From Ferroglobus placidus DSM 10642 (GTDB lineage: Archaea; Halobacteriota; Archaeoglobi; Archaeoglobales; Archaeoglobaceae), in NCBI RefSeq assembly GCF_000025505.1, contig NC_013849.1:1830001-1862000 (forward strand): 32,000 bases of DNA, read 5' to 3'. Position 1 is the first letter of the stretch; each line of letters opens with the position of its first letter. A program made the position numbers and the translations under genes. Below, piece after piece: positions 1-9,406 of the stretch. The notes beneath the pieces were generated by a model that had not been told where the DNA came from, ran no database searches, and saw only the letters and a list, made by a program, of their open reading frames with translations.

Positions 1-346
1 CGTCGTATCCGAAATCGTGGGGGTTGAGCTGCCACTTGTAAGTCATTTCCGGAACGTGGTGATCGGAAATTACGAATTCGAGCTTTCTTCTTAGGAGAAG
101 AGAAATGTTACCGCTTCCCAAATCGGTCAACCATACAAACCTGTTTTCGTCGGCTATCTTCTCAGCAGCTTTCTCATCAAGCTGCTTCAAAAAGATGATC
201 TTTGCATCTTTGCCAATTCTGCTTAACGTTTCGAAGGCAATGGCTCCGGAAGTTATGCCGTCGGCGTCTATGTGAGTAACAATTAAGAACTCGTCTTCTT
301 TTTTTATCCTTTCTGAAATCTCGTAAGCTTTTTTTATAAGATCCAC
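1..346 (-). CDS. DHH-family phosphoesterase / RecJ-like exonuclease, N-terminal part (runs off the window start)
   Basis: Manual minus-strand translation from GTG at 346: VDLIKKAYEISERIKKEDEFLIVTHIDADGITSGAIAFETLSRIGKDAKIIFLK...WLTDLGSGN...FVISDHHVPE. It contains the HxDxDG and DHH motifs of the family. Confidence 0.85.
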   Translation of the reverse strand, partial: MDLIKKAYEISERIKKEDEFLIVTHIDADGITSGAIAFETLSRIGKDAKIIFLKQLDEKAAEKIADENRFVWLTDLGSGNISLLLRRKLEFVISDHHVPEMTYKWQLNPHDFGYD

Positions 347-383
347 AGAAAAGTAGGAGTAAAAAAGAAATTAAGGGTTTTGG

Positions 384-2021
384 TTAGAACTCAGCTCCTG
401 TTTCTCCGCCTTCTTCTCCACTCTTTTCTTTCTCCTTTTCAAGCGCTTTGGCAGCAATGACGTCGTCTATTCTGAGAATCATCGTAGCAACTTCCGTGGC
501 TGATTTAATAGCCTGCTTCTTAACTCTCAGCGGCTCGAGAACGCCAAGCTCTCTCATGTCCACGACCTTTCCGTTGTAAACGTCTATTCCAGCGTAAACG
601 TTTCCTTGCTCGTGCTTGGACTTAAGTTCAACTAAGATGTCTATCGGATCAAGTCCGGCATTTTCAGCCAAACTCTTGGGAATGATTTCTAAAGCCGCTG
701 CAAAGGCTTCAGCTGCTAACTGCTCTCTTCCACCGAGGCTCGGAGCCCACTCCTTGATTCTGAGACTCACTTCGATCTCCGGAGCACCGCCTCCAGCAAC
801 GACCTTGCCGTCTTCCAACGCTGCAGCCACGACTTTCACCGCGTCCTCTACTCCTCTCGCAATCTCTTCAACCACGTGCTCCGTTCCACCTCTTATTAGG
901 ATCGTCACAGCCTTCGGATTCTTGCAACCAGTTATGAAGACCATCTTCTCGTCTCCGACCTTCTTCTCCTCTACAAGCTCAGCCTCTCCGAGATCTTCTG
1001 GTTTGAGATCTCTTAAGTCGGTGAGTATTCTCGCTCCACAGGCTTTTGCGATCTTTTCTATGTCGCTCTTCTTAACCCTCCTCACAGCAAGAACTCCAGC
1101 CTTAGCCAAGTAGTACTGGGCTAAGTCGTCGATTCCCTTCTGGCAGAAAACTACGTTAGCTCCAGCTTCGACGATCTTGTCGACCATCTCCTTTATCATC
1201 TTCTCCTCCTGCTCTATGAACCTCTGAAGCATGTCTGGATCAGTGATTCTTATCTTAGCGTCGGTCTCAGTTTCTTTCACTTCTAAAGCGGCGTTTAACA
1301 CAAGTATCTTGGCATTTTTCACCCTCTTCGGCATTCCGGGGTGAACGACTTCTTTATCGATGACGATACCCTCGATGAGCTCCGAATCTTCCACAGACGC
1401 TCCAGTTCTCTTTTCTATTTTTACGTTGTCCGTGTCGACTTCTATCTTTCCGTTAACCTCTTCGGCAACTATTTTAACAGCTCTTACAGCAATGTCAGCT
1501 AACTTGTTTATCGCAACTTCAGCTCCCTTGCCGGTCATTGCAGTAGCCGCTATCTTCTTAAGCAGCTCGTCATCGTCTCTGTTCACTTCTATCGCTATGC
1601 TGTCGAGGATTTCCATTGCCTTTTCCGCAGCGAGTCTGTAACCCTTAGCGATTACCGTCGGGTGTATGTCGGCGTCAAGGAGTTCTTCAGCCTTCTTCAA
1701 CAATTCTCCGGCAATGACCACAGCCGTGGTAGTTCCGTCTCCCACTTCGTTCTCCTGAGTCTTAGCAACTTCGATCACCATCTTTGCTGCTGGATGTTCT
1801 ACGTCCATCTCCTTGAGAATCGTTACTCCGTCGTTGGTAATGACGACATCGCCTAAGCTGTCCACGAGCATCTTGTCCATTCCTCTCGGACCTAACGTGC
1901 TTCTCACAGCTTCAGCTATAACTCTGACAGCCATTATGTTCATCCTCTGCGCATCTCTGCCGACGGTCCTCTGCGTCCCCTCCTTCAGAATCAGTATAGG
2001 AGTTCCCTGCAGCGTAGCCAT
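384..2021 (-). CDS. ths: Thermosome subunit (group II chaperonin, TCP-1/cpn60 family)
   Basis: 545 aa ORF with [53 protein letters not shown] and [11 protein letters not shown] chaperonin motifs. SD-like GAGGTGGTG lies upstream. Confidence 0.98.
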   Translation of the reverse strand: MATLQGTPILILKEGTQRTVGRDAQRMNIMAVRVIAEAVRSTLGPRGMDKMLVDSLGDVVITNDGVTILKEMDVEHPAAKMVIEVAKTQENEVGDGTTTAVVIAGELLKKAEELLDADIHPTVIAKGYRLAAEKAMEILDSIAIEVNRDDDELLKKIAATAMTGKGAEVAINKLADIAVRAVKIVAEEVNGKIEVDTDNVKIEKRTGASVEDSELIEGIVIDKEVVHPGMPKRVKNAKILVLNAALEVKETETDAKIRITDPDMLQRFIEQEEKMIKEMVDKIVEAGANVVFCQKGIDDLAQYYLAKAGVLAVRRVKKSDIEKIAKACGARILTDLRDLKPEDLGEAELVEEKKVGDEKMVFITGCKNPKAVTILIRGGTEHVVEEIARGVEDAVKVVAAALEDGKVVAGGGAPEIEVSLRIKEWAPSLGGREQLAAEAFAAALEIIPKSLAENAGLDPIDILVELKSKHEQGNVYAGIDVYNGKVVDMRELGVLEPLRVKKQAIKSATEVATMILRIDDVIAAKALEKEKEKSGEEGGETGAEF

Positions 2022-2057
2022 CCTTCACCACCTCGAGAGTTTAGTGGATTGGTAGTT

Positions 2058-2076
2058 CTATATAAAGGTTTTGGTT
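2058..2076 (-). promoter_or_regulatory. Putative archaeal BRE/TATA promoter of the thermosome gene
   Basis: Minus-strand AACCAAAACCTTTATATAG, located about 38-55 nt upstream of the ATG at 2021, with an SD-like sequence in the intervening leader. Confidence 0.6.
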
Positions 2077-2082
2077 GAAAGG

Positions 2083-2773
2083 TAAGCCCTGTCAACTTAA
2101 CCACCTCAGATGATTGTAATAGAGCATGAAGAGTTTGCAGAATAGATTCCAGTTTTTAATTGGATTTTTAGTGGAAATCGAACAGAAGAACAGCTTAACT
2201 CTCTGTTTAAATGAGCTGAACGTCGCTTCAACCAGACTTCTCTTTCCGAAAGGTTTCATGCTTAAATTCCAAGCCTAAACTTTCTATTGCTTTTCTCAGC
2301 CATGGTGCTTTGTCTATCAAAAACTTGGGTTCGTTCTCGCAGTAATTAAGAACTTCTTTGACGAAAGACCTTGCTGTAAGAATGTTTCTCGTCGTGTAAA
2401 CCCTCATTAAAATCAGCTCGTTCCTTTCAACGTCTACCGCGGCAAAAATGTAGAACTTCTTTTTGTTAGCTTTGACAATCGTTTCATCTATTGCAACAAG
2501 ATTTCTCCGCTTCTTCTCAGTAGAAATTGGTAACTTCTCTTCAAACTTCTTTATCCATTTCCACACAGCCGTATGGGAGACCGGACGAAACTCCGAGAGA
2601 ATTTTAGCCGTTCTCCTCGTCGAAGAAGTTTGAACGTAAGTGGCTACGCCAAGAATTCTAATGTCGTTCGGAACTCTTTCCCTCTCAAACAACTCAAGCT
2701 CCTCTATAAGCTTCTTCAACTTCATCAAAATTGTCTGAATAATATTCTGGGAAGGTAAAGTTTACGGGTCTTA
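2083..2773 (-). mobile_element. Small IS element remnant (IS6/IS240-like DDE transposase) bounded by imperfect 20-bp terminal inverted repeats
   Basis: Left end taagccctgtcaacttaacc (2083-2102) and the reverse complement of the right end taagacccgtaaactttacc (2754-2773) match at 16/20 positions and bracket the transposase ORF. Confidence 0.7.
2092..2728 (-). pseudogene. IS6/IS240-like DDE transposase, frameshifted near its 3' end
   Basis: ORF 2228-2728 carries LVAIDETIVK...IFAAVDVERNELI...FLIDKAPWLRKA and ends KHETFRKEKSG*. The alternate frame continues GKRSLVEATFSSFKQRVKLFFCSISTKNPIKNWNLFCKLFMLYYNHLRWLS*, restoring the catalytic Glu region. The shift lies around 2247-2255. Confidence 0.8.
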
Positions 2774-2822
2774 TACTGCGATCAAAAACGTTTAATAATT
2801 GATAGGGATTAGGGTTAATGAG

Positions 2823-3275
2823 ATGGAAAGCGATCTACTCAAAGCGGAGATTAAAGGTGTTTACGCAGCTACCACCGTATTCGGCATGTCGCCGGTTGTT
2901 GTTCTTTCAGTGGAAGACGGTAGAATGCTTCCAATTTATATCGGAATTCCCGAAGCGGTTGCGATTTTTTCAGCTCTGAAGAATCAAACCCCTCCTCGAC
3001 CGATGACTCACGATTTAATAGTCGAAATCATACAGAGGTTAAAAGCGAGGGTTGCGAGAGTTGTTATTGACGACATAATCGAAAGCACGTACTATGCGAC
3101 GATTTACTTGGAAGTTGACAACATAGAGGTTGAGGTTGACGCAAGACCGAGCGATAGTATTGCGATAGCTCTTCGAACGAAAGCTCCTATTTTCGTGAGA
3201 AAAGCAGTAATTGACGAAGTCGGAGGAATTGATAAGATACCCGACGACTACGTTGACTTCGAGAGCTTCGTCTGA
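2823..3275 (+). CDS. Bifunctional nuclease (BFN/DUF151) family protein
   Basis: ORF 2799-3275. MESDLLKAEIKGVYAATT...VVVLSVEDGRMLPIYIGIPEAVAIFSAL...PRPMTHDLIVEI is typical of DUF151. ATG 2823 is preferred as start over the upstream TTG because TATA-like TTTAATAA lies about 25-30 nt upstream of it. Confidence 0.85.
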   Translation: MESDLLKAEIKGVYAATTVFGMSPVVVLSVEDGRMLPIYIGIPEAVAIFSALKNQTPPRPMTHDLIVEIIQRLKARVARVVIDDIIESTYYATIYLEVDNIEVEVDARPSDSIAIALRTKAPIFVRKAVIDEVGGIDKIPDDYVDFESFV

Positions 3276-3314
3276 AAAGAACAAAGTTTAAGTTTACTTA
3301 GCAAAACTCTCTTC

Positions 3315-3995
3315 GTGTACGGCGTTTACGAGCTCCAGAATTTTCACGTGAAGATTAAAGACTTGGAACTTGGAATTTTCGAAGAAAATGGGATTAAAAT
3401 TTACAGAAGGGACGATTTGAAGAAGGTAATAGTTGCTGACAGCGGGAGAGTCGTTGTTAATCCGGTCGAGCCGGTAAACTTACCCAAGAACATAACGAGA
3501 TACCTTATGGTAGAACTCGATGAGCCGATAGTAATGGAGCCGAAAAACAGCGAGAAGGTAACTCTGACTTTTCCGATCGAAGTTGCTGTCATCTTAGCTG
3601 GAAAGAAGAGCCTTGAGGTTTTGGACGTTTTCAGTTTCGTCAAGCCGAAATACGCTCTTTACGGAGACCCGAGGAACGGCGTAATCTGTCGTTACTGGAA
3701 GAGCGAGGTTTCCGGGGAAGAGGAAGACTTCGTCAAAGGAAAACTCGAAGTTGAAATCAACAATTCGAGCGGCGAGTGGGTGGAAATTGGAAAGCTCGTT
3801 TTCGACGTATACGGGATGAAAATATACTACGGCGAAAGCGTTGTAGCGTTTGCGAGAGCTAACGTTATTTCTGAAAAAGTAGCCGAAACCGAATTCGTTG
3901 ATAAGAGAGCCGGGAAGAAGTCTATCGAGCTTTACCTCGCTCGAAGGATACCGGTGGTTAAGAAAAAATTCGTCATGGAGTGGGGGTTCGTATGA
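3315..3995 (+). CDS. DUF432 family protein
   Basis: 226 aa ORF directly upstream of and overlapping an MscS gene. The sequence resembles archaeal DUF432 proteins (MYGVYELQNFHVKIKDLELGIFEENGIKIYRRDD). Confidence 0.65.
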   Translation: MYGVYELQNFHVKIKDLELGIFEENGIKIYRRDDLKKVIVADSGRVVVNPVEPVNLPKNITRYLMVELDEPIVMEPKNSEKVTLTFPIEVAVILAGKKSLEVLDVFSFVKPKYALYGDPRNGVICRYWKSEVSGEEEDFVKGKLEVEINNSSGEWVEIGKLVFDVYGMKIYYGESVVAFARANVISEKVAETEFVDKRAGKKSIELYLARRIPVVKKKFVMEWGFV

Positions 3996-4804
3996 GCCTT
4001 CTCGACTTGAAAGTTTACGAGGATGTAACAGTCGCAGACGTTCTCGTCGTCATCGTAGTTGTCGTTTTCGCAACTATTATTGCGAAAATTGCGACTTTGA
4101 ATTTGCGAAGGGTCTTAGCCGACAAAATGAAAAGAGATCAGCTCGAACTCCTCACAAAAATAGTTTACTGGAGTATAATCATTATCGCTCTGCTTTCCGT
4201 CGCACCTCTCCTCGGATTAAACTTGTCCGGACTTTTAGTGGCTGGAGGAATTGCTGGTATAGTGATAGGTTTCGCAAGTCAAAGCGTTGTTGCGAACCTC
4301 GTCTCCGGAATTTTCCTCATGATCGAGAGACCCGTAAAGCTGGGGGACCAGGTGGAAGTGGGAGGAGTCTCCGGGTTTATCGAAGATATAAATATTATGT
4401 CGACAATAGTTCGAACTTACGACGGGCTTTACGTGAGAATTCCTAACGAGAAGGTTTTCACCTCAAACATAGTCAACTACACCGGCAACGTGGCGAGGAG
4501 GTTCGAATACAAGATAGGGATAAGGTACAACGACGATGCCGATAAAGCCGTTGAAATCATAAAAGAAGTCGTTGAAAATCATCCCTTCGTTTTGAAGTAT
4601 CCGAAGCCTGACGTTTTCGTTGAAGATCTTGGGGACAACGCGGTTATTATCTCCGTAAGAATGTGGGCGCCAGCCACAGAGTGGTTCGCCGTGAAAATGG
4701 AGCTACTTTACAAGATAAAAAAGGAGCTGGAAAAGAACGGTATAGAAATTCCGTTCCCGCAAAGGGTAGTTTGGTTCGCAAACGAACTCGGGCTGAAGAG
4801 GTAA
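3980..4804 (+). CDS. MscS-family small-conductance mechanosensitive ion channel
   Basis: 274 aa with N-terminal TM helices and the MscS pore/beta-domain signature GLLVAGGIAGIVIGFASQSVVANLVSGIFLMIERPVKLGDQVEVGGVSGFIEDINIMSTIVRTYDGLYVRIPNEKV. Confidence 0.95.
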   Translation: MGVRMSLLDLKVYEDVTVADVLVVIVVVVFATIIAKIATLNLRRVLADKMKRDQLELLTKIVYWSIIIIALLSVAPLLGLNLSGLLVAGGIAGIVIGFASQSVVANLVSGIFLMIERPVKLGDQVEVGGVSGFIEDINIMSTIVRTYDGLYVRIPNEKVFTSNIVNYTGNVARRFEYKIGIRYNDDADKAVEIIKEVVENHPFVLKYPKPDVFVEDLGDNAVIISVRMWAPATEWFAVKMELLYKIKKELEKNGIEIPFPQRVVWFANELGLKR

Positions 4805-4838
4805 AATTTTTTATTTTCATCTGCTTTTATGAACTTTC

Positions 4839-5822
4839 ATGAGGGAAAAGTTAGCTTTAGCTGTATTCTTCGCAACGATCTTGGCTGTTGCTGCTGGAGT
4901 TGTTTACTACTTCGGCGCGGTTTTCCTTTTAAGGTTGATCCTCGGAATAGGTTTTCTCGGACTTACGCTGCTCTTTGCTCTCGTCTTCGCTTTAACAGCT
5001 TATGCGAAATCTAAACACGTCGTATGGAGCTTTTTCGGCTTCTTAGCCTCAGCTTACGCTCTCTACCAAACGTACACGTGGCAGAATCCGATGCACGTTC
5101 TCTGGATACTCGTGGCTTTCGGTTTAGCTTTCCTCGCTTTCCTCTGGTGGATTTCGGAGCCGAGTTTGAGTTTTGTTGAAAGGCTTAAGAGTGCCGAATC
5201 ACTATACAGAGCTGGAAATTACAGAGCCGCTGCAATAAAATGGGAGAAGAAAGGGCTTTACGAGAAGGCTGCTGAAGCTTACGTAAAAGCTGGATTGCTC
5301 GAAAGCGCAGCGTGGTGTTACGAAAAAGCTGAGAAGTTTGAGAAAGCTGCAGAACTCTACGAAACTCTTGCGGAGAAAAAGGAGGACAGCTACTTCTGGA
5401 AGGAAGCTTCTGAGTTTTACAAAAAAGCTGGGAACTACGAAAAAGCTGCCGAGTGCTTAGCGAAATACGCCGAAGAGGAGCCATGGTTCTGGGAGGATGT
5501 GGCTGAGCTTTACGAAAAAGCCGGAAATAAGGAGAAGGCTGAGCACGCTTTAAGGAAGGCTCTCGAATACTACAAGAAGGAGGCTGAAGAGGAAGGTGTT
5601 TTCTGGGAGGATGTTGCGAAAATATACGAAAAGCTTGGCGAAAATGAGCTTGCTGTTGGGGCTTGGACAAAATTTGCCAAGTACTGTGAAGCCGAAGCTG
5701 AGAAAGATCCAGCTTGGTACAAGCACGCTGCAGAAGCTTACGAAAAAATAGGTGCGGAGAAGAAAGCAGAGGAGATGAGAAAGAAGTACGAGGAGTTTAA
5801 AAAGTCGAGGGAGAAAGGCTAA
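4839..5822 (+). CDS. Membrane-anchored TPR-repeat protein
   Basis: 327 aa with three N-terminal hydrophobic segments followed by repeated TPR-like units (NYRAAAIKWEKKGLYEKAAEAYVKAG, KFEKAAELYETLAEK, NYEKAAECLAKYAEE, NKEKAEHALRKALEYY). Confidence 0.85.
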   Translation: MREKLALAVFFATILAVAAGVVYYFGAVFLLRLILGIGFLGLTLLFALVFALTAYAKSKHVVWSFFGFLASAYALYQTYTWQNPMHVLWILVAFGLAFLAFLWWISEPSLSFVERLKSAESLYRAGNYRAAAIKWEKKGLYEKAAEAYVKAGLLESAAWCYEKAEKFEKAAELYETLAEKKEDSYFWKEASEFYKKAGNYEKAAECLAKYAEEEPWFWEDVAELYEKAGNKEKAEHALRKALEYYKKEAEEEGVFWEDVAKIYEKLGENELAVGAWTKFAKYCEAEAEKDPAWYKHAAEAYEKIGAEKKAEEMRKKYEEFKKSREKG

Positions 5823-5858
5823 CGTAGGTTTCAAATACTACTTGGAGAATTTTCTACC

Positions 5859-6344
5859 ATGGGCAGAGCTTGGAAGTTCGGAGACAACGTTGATACGGAC
5901 GTGATCATTCAGGGAAAGTACTTAGTTATAAACGATCCTAAGGAGCTGGCTAAACACGTTTTCGAAAACGTGAGACCTGAGTTTGCCAAGGAAGTGAAAA
6001 AGGGCGACTTTGTTGTGGCTGGAGAAAATTTCGGGTGTGGGAGTAGCCGAGAACACGCTCCTCTCGCTTTAAAAGCCACTGGAATCGAAGCTGTCATAGC
6101 TAAGAGCTTCGCAAGAATATTTTTCAGAAATTCCGTGAACATCGGGTTGAGAGTTATAGAGTGCGATACGAGCAAGATAGACGACGGAGACGAGCTGGAA
6201 ATCGATTACGAGAAGGGAGTGATAATCAACAAAACAAAGGGTATCGAGATACCTTTCAAAAAACCACCGGAGTTCGTTGAAGAGATAATGAGAAGGGGAG
6301 GACTCGTAAATTTCGCCAGAGCGATTTTGAGGGGTGAGCTATGA
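5859..6344 (+). CDS. leuD: 3-isopropylmalate dehydratase small subunit
   Basis: 161 aa with [16 protein letters not shown]...[43 protein letters not shown]. The gene immediately precedes leuB. Confidence 0.93.
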   Translation: MGRAWKFGDNVDTDVIIQGKYLVINDPKELAKHVFENVRPEFAKEVKKGDFVVAGENFGCGSSREHAPLALKATGIEAVIAKSFARIFFRNSVNIGLRVIECDTSKIDDGDELEIDYEKGVIINKTKGIEIPFKKPPEFVEEIMRRGGLVNFARAILRGEL

Positions 6345-7318
6345 GAATAGCCGTCATTCCCGGAGACGGAATAGGGAAGGAAGTGACGGAAGCTGCTATG
6401 TTAATCCTCGAAAATCTCGATCTGCCTTTCGAATACGTGTGGCTCGAAGCCGGGGATGAGGCGGAGAAAAAGTACGGGAAGCCTCTGCCAGACGAGACTC
6501 TTGAAGAAGTTAAGAGATGCAAGGCTGTTCTCTTCGGAGCTGCTGGAGAAACTGCTGCCGATGTTATAGTTAAGCTAAGGCAAGAGCTCGAAACCTACGC
6601 TAACGTAAGACCAGCTAAGAGCTTCGAAGGAGTCAAGTCGATTCACAAAAACGTGGACATGGTCATCGTAAGGGAAAATACCGAATGTCTCTACAAGGGA
6701 ATAGAATTCGAGGTTGATGGAGTTGCCGAGGCTGTTAGAATAATAAGCAGAAAAGCGAGCGAAAGGATCGTCAGATTCGCTTTCGAGCTTGCGAAGAGAG
6801 AGAAAAGAAAGAGAGTAACAGCTCTGCACAAAGCCAACGTCATGAGAAAGACGTGCGGACTCTTCAAGAGAGTTTTCTACGAAGTGGCGAGGGAGTACGA
6901 AAGAATCGAAGCTAACGACTACTACATAGACGCTGCGTGCATGTACATAGCCATGGACCCGTGGAGGTTCGACGTGATAGTCACTACTAACATGTTCGGA
7001 GACATCGTTTCGGATTTGGCAGCGGGAATAGTTGGTGGCTTGGGCTTGGCTCCTTCAGCCAACATCGGAGACGAATACGCTATATTTGAACCTGTTCACG
7101 GAGCAGCTTTCGACATAGCCGGGAAGGGCATAGCAAATCCGACTGCGATGATTTTAACGGCTTCGATGATGCTCCGCCATTTGGGCTTCGAAGAAGAAGC
7201 TAAAAAAGTTGAAAAAGCTGTGGAGAAGGTCTTGGCAGAGGGCAAGACTACTCCGGATCTCGGAGGGAATTTAAAGACGATGGAAATGGCTGAAGAAATT
7301 TTAAAAGCTATTGAGTGA
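6341..7318 (+). CDS. leuB: 3-isopropylmalate dehydrogenase
   Basis: 325 aa with [87 protein letters not shown]. The ATG overlaps the leuD stop. Confidence 0.94.
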   Translation: MRIAVIPGDGIGKEVTEAAMLILENLDLPFEYVWLEAGDEAEKKYGKPLPDETLEEVKRCKAVLFGAAGETAADVIVKLRQELETYANVRPAKSFEGVKSIHKNVDMVIVRENTECLYKGIEFEVDGVAEAVRIISRKASERIVRFAFELAKREKRKRVTALHKANVMRKTCGLFKRVFYEVAREYERIEANDYYIDAACMYIAMDPWRFDVIVTTNMFGDIVSDLAAGIVGGLGLAPSANIGDEYAIFEPVHGAAFDIAGKGIANPTAMILTASMMLRHLGFEEEAKKVEKAVEKVLAEGKTTPDLGGNLKTMEMAEEILKAIE

Positions 7319-7538
7319 ACAGCTCCTTCTTTATTTCGTCCATAACCTCGACGATTTTTCTTTCAAGCTCCTGCGCATTCCTTAGTATTTCCCTGAGACT
7401 GAACTCGTCTATTTCTTTAAAATCTGGGTGGGAAGAAATGAAGTCTGAGAGATTTACCACTGTGCTTCTCAAATCTCCGAAACAGTCGTTTAGCAGTCCG
7501 AGAATGAGCATCAATCTCGATTTTCTGTCGAGCATCAT
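7308..7538 (-). CDS. Hypothetical small protein (76 aa)
   Basis: ORF translationally overlaps the 3' end of tpiA (start 7538, tpiA stop 7535) and is codirectional with it, which supports a real gene. No family recognised. Confidence 0.5.
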   Translation of the reverse strand: MMLDRKSRLMLILGLLNDCFGDLRSTVVNLSDFISSHPDFKEIDEFSLREILRNAQELERKIVEVMDEIKKELFTQ

Positions 7539-8203
7539 CTCAGCCCCACAAGCTCCTCAAGCGCTTTTCTGGGGTCGCTCGCTTTTACAACTCCGCTTGC
7601 GAGCAAAACTCCGTCAGCTCCGAGGTCTATGGCAGCCACAACGTCTTCGTACTTGGTTATTCCCGCTCCGCACAGAACTTTCACTTCTTCGTTAACGTTT
7701 TTAGCAGCTCTTACGGAATTTTCAACTACTTCCGGCTCCGCTTTACTCACCGGAATGCCGCTTCCGATTAATTCCGGCGGCTCTACAGCCACGAAGTCCG
7801 GAGAAAGAGCTGCCGCTGCTGCAGTTGTGGAAACGTTGTTGGTGCAAACGACTGAAATTAAACCGAGCTCTTTGAATTTGGAGACGAGGAAGTCTATGTC
7901 GGCAAGCCTCAGCCTTCTCTCGCTGTGGTTTATCAAGCTTCCCTTCGCTCCCTTCTCCTTAATCATCTCCGCGGTAATTCTTCCCGTGTGACTTCCGAAC
8001 TCGACAGCATCTACGTGCTGAGCGTAGACGTCTATTCCAACACTCTTTACGATCTCAGCAAGATCCAAAAAGTTTGGAGCTACTCCGAAATAGAAATCAG
8101 ATTTTTCAGCCACTTTTTCAACAGCCTTAGCCAATTCCAACGCGTTTTTTCCGGCTCCCTCCCTATACGCCTTAAAATTTATTATCACAACTTTTTTCTC
8201 CAT
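7535..8203 (-). CDS. tpiA: Triosephosphate isomerase (archaeal type)
   Basis: 222 aa with VIINFKAYREGAG, VYAQHVDAVEFGSHTGRITAEMIKEKGAKGSLINHSERRL, AVEPPELIGSG, VLCGAGITKYEDVVAAIDLGADGVLLASGVVKA. Confidence 0.97.
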   Translation of the reverse strand: MEKKVVIINFKAYREGAGKNALELAKAVEKVAEKSDFYFGVAPNFLDLAEIVKSVGIDVYAQHVDAVEFGSHTGRITAEMIKEKGAKGSLINHSERRLRLADIDFLVSKFKELGLISVVCTNNVSTTAAAAALSPDFVAVEPPELIGSGIPVSKAEPEVVENSVRAAKNVNEEVKVLCGAGITKYEDVVAAIDLGADGVLLASGVVKASDPRKALEELVGLR

Positions 8204-8212
8204 TCTACCACC

Positions 8213-9397
8213 TCAAAAGTCCGTCATAATTCTAAACTGATCGGTATCTGGCTTCATGTAGTTCAAAAATCTTCTCGCTGCTCCCTCAACGTCTTTAGCT
8301 TTCGTTATGGCTCTTCCAACGACTATGATATCCGCTCCGTAGCTTATGACCTCTTCAACGTTTTCCGGTCTTATTCCTCCAGCGACAGCAACGAGAACGT
8401 TGTACTTCTTTTTTATTTCTTTCGCGAGCATCCACGGTGGTTTTTCGCTCTCGGAATCTATCGCTCTATGCAACTCCACGACGTTTGGAAAAACTCCAGC
8501 CTCCTTAATTTTCTCGAGCCTCTTGAGAGGATCTTCGACGTTCAGCATATCCACGACGCTGTAAATTCCCGTTTTATCAGCTTCTTTAATAGCCTTTACG
8601 ATCGTGCTTATCGGAGCCAATCCAGAGATAACAACAGCGTTAGCAGTAGCATCTGCCGCCATCCTCGCTTCGAGGTTTCCCGTGTCGAGAGTCTTCAGGT
8701 CGAGAACGAAAAAAGCGTTCGGCTTGATCTCCCTCAGCTCCAAAATAACCTCGGCTCCGTACCTCTTAGCTAAAGGAGTTCCGACTTCGTAAATTATGTG
8801 GTCGCTTTCGGGAATTTGAGCAAGAACCTTCTTTACTTCACCAAGATCTGGAATGTCTATGGCTATCTGTAAGTAGGGTGGATCCCAGAGCTTCGTCATT
8901 TTTCTTCCCACGAGAGGATGGCTGCTTCTGTCCTTTTCGTACAAAACCGTGTCGACATCCGGAAAGTTCTGCATCGCTCTCTTCAAAGCGAGCTTCGTAG
9001 CGGAATAGTTATAGTAGAATATTTTGTGCTTGTTTTCGGCTTTCGGATGGATGAAAACGCTGACGACAACGAGGTAATCTTCAGCCTTCTCTTTCGGAAT
9101 TATTCCTTCTTCGACCGCATCGGCTATGGCTTTAGCAACCGCCATCTGAGCCGGACCGAATATCAGCTCCGCCTGTTTCATATCTTTTATCGTTACTTTG
9201 GGAATTATAACGGCGGGAGGTTTCGTTATTAAATTAGGTCTTATCACAGCTAAAAGAGGTGTGTGTCCAGCGGAAAGCTGCGAGAGTGCGTTGGCGAAAG
9301 CCTGAGCTACTGGGCTATCTTTCGTTCCTATCATCAGATCGATGTGTGCAACTTCGTTTCCAACGCCAACGAGGGCTTCACCGATCCTCATTTCCAT
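8213..9397 (-). CDS. fae-hps: Bifunctional formaldehyde-activating enzyme / 3-hexulose-6-phosphate synthase (Fae-Hps fusion)
   Basis: 394 aa. The N-terminal part is Fae-like (RIGEALVGVGNEVAHIDLMIGTKDSPVAQAFANALSQLSAGHTPLLAVIRPN). The C-terminal part is Hps-like (LQIAIDIPDLGEVKKVLAQIPESDHIIYEVGTPL...VAVAGGIRPENVEEVISYGADIIVVGRAIT). Confidence 0.95.
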   Translation of the reverse strand: MEMRIGEALVGVGNEVAHIDLMIGTKDSPVAQAFANALSQLSAGHTPLLAVIRPNLITKPPAVIIPKVTIKDMKQAELIFGPAQMAVAKAIADAVEEGIIPKEKAEDYLVVVSVFIHPKAENKHKIFYYNYSATKLALKRAMQNFPDVDTVLYEKDRSSHPLVGRKMTKLWDPPYLQIAIDIPDLGEVKKVLAQIPESDHIIYEVGTPLAKRYGAEVILELREIKPNAFFVLDLKTLDTGNLEARMAADATANAVVISGLAPISTIVKAIKEADKTGIYSVVDMLNVEDPLKRLEKIKEAGVFPNVVELHRAIDSESEKPPWMLAKEIKKKYNVLVAVAGGIRPENVEEVISYGADIIVVGRAITKAKDVEGAARRFLNYMKPDTDQFRIMTDF

Positions 9398-9406
9398 GTT
9401 ATCACC

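Noticed and set aside
616-1113. 165-aa ORF antisense to the thermosome gene, plus similar ones at 1360-1641 and 1813-2055
   Set aside because: Shadow ORFs of a highly conserved chaperonin. No independent evidence of coding.
2228-2728. An intact functional transposase
   Set aside because: The annotated frame stops before the final DDE glutamate region, which is only present in the alternate frame.
3898-4446. 182-aa plus-strand ORF overlapping DUF432 and mscS in a third frame
   Set aside because: Arg/Ser-rich out-of-frame read. Both overlapped ORFs have strong coding signatures.
7925-8773. 282-aa plus-strand ORF spanning tpiA and fae-hps
   Set aside because: Lies entirely antisense to two well-supported enzymes, crosses their junction, and is rich in Ser/Arg/Tyr/Phe with no recognisable motifs. 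Probably a codon-composition shadow ORF.
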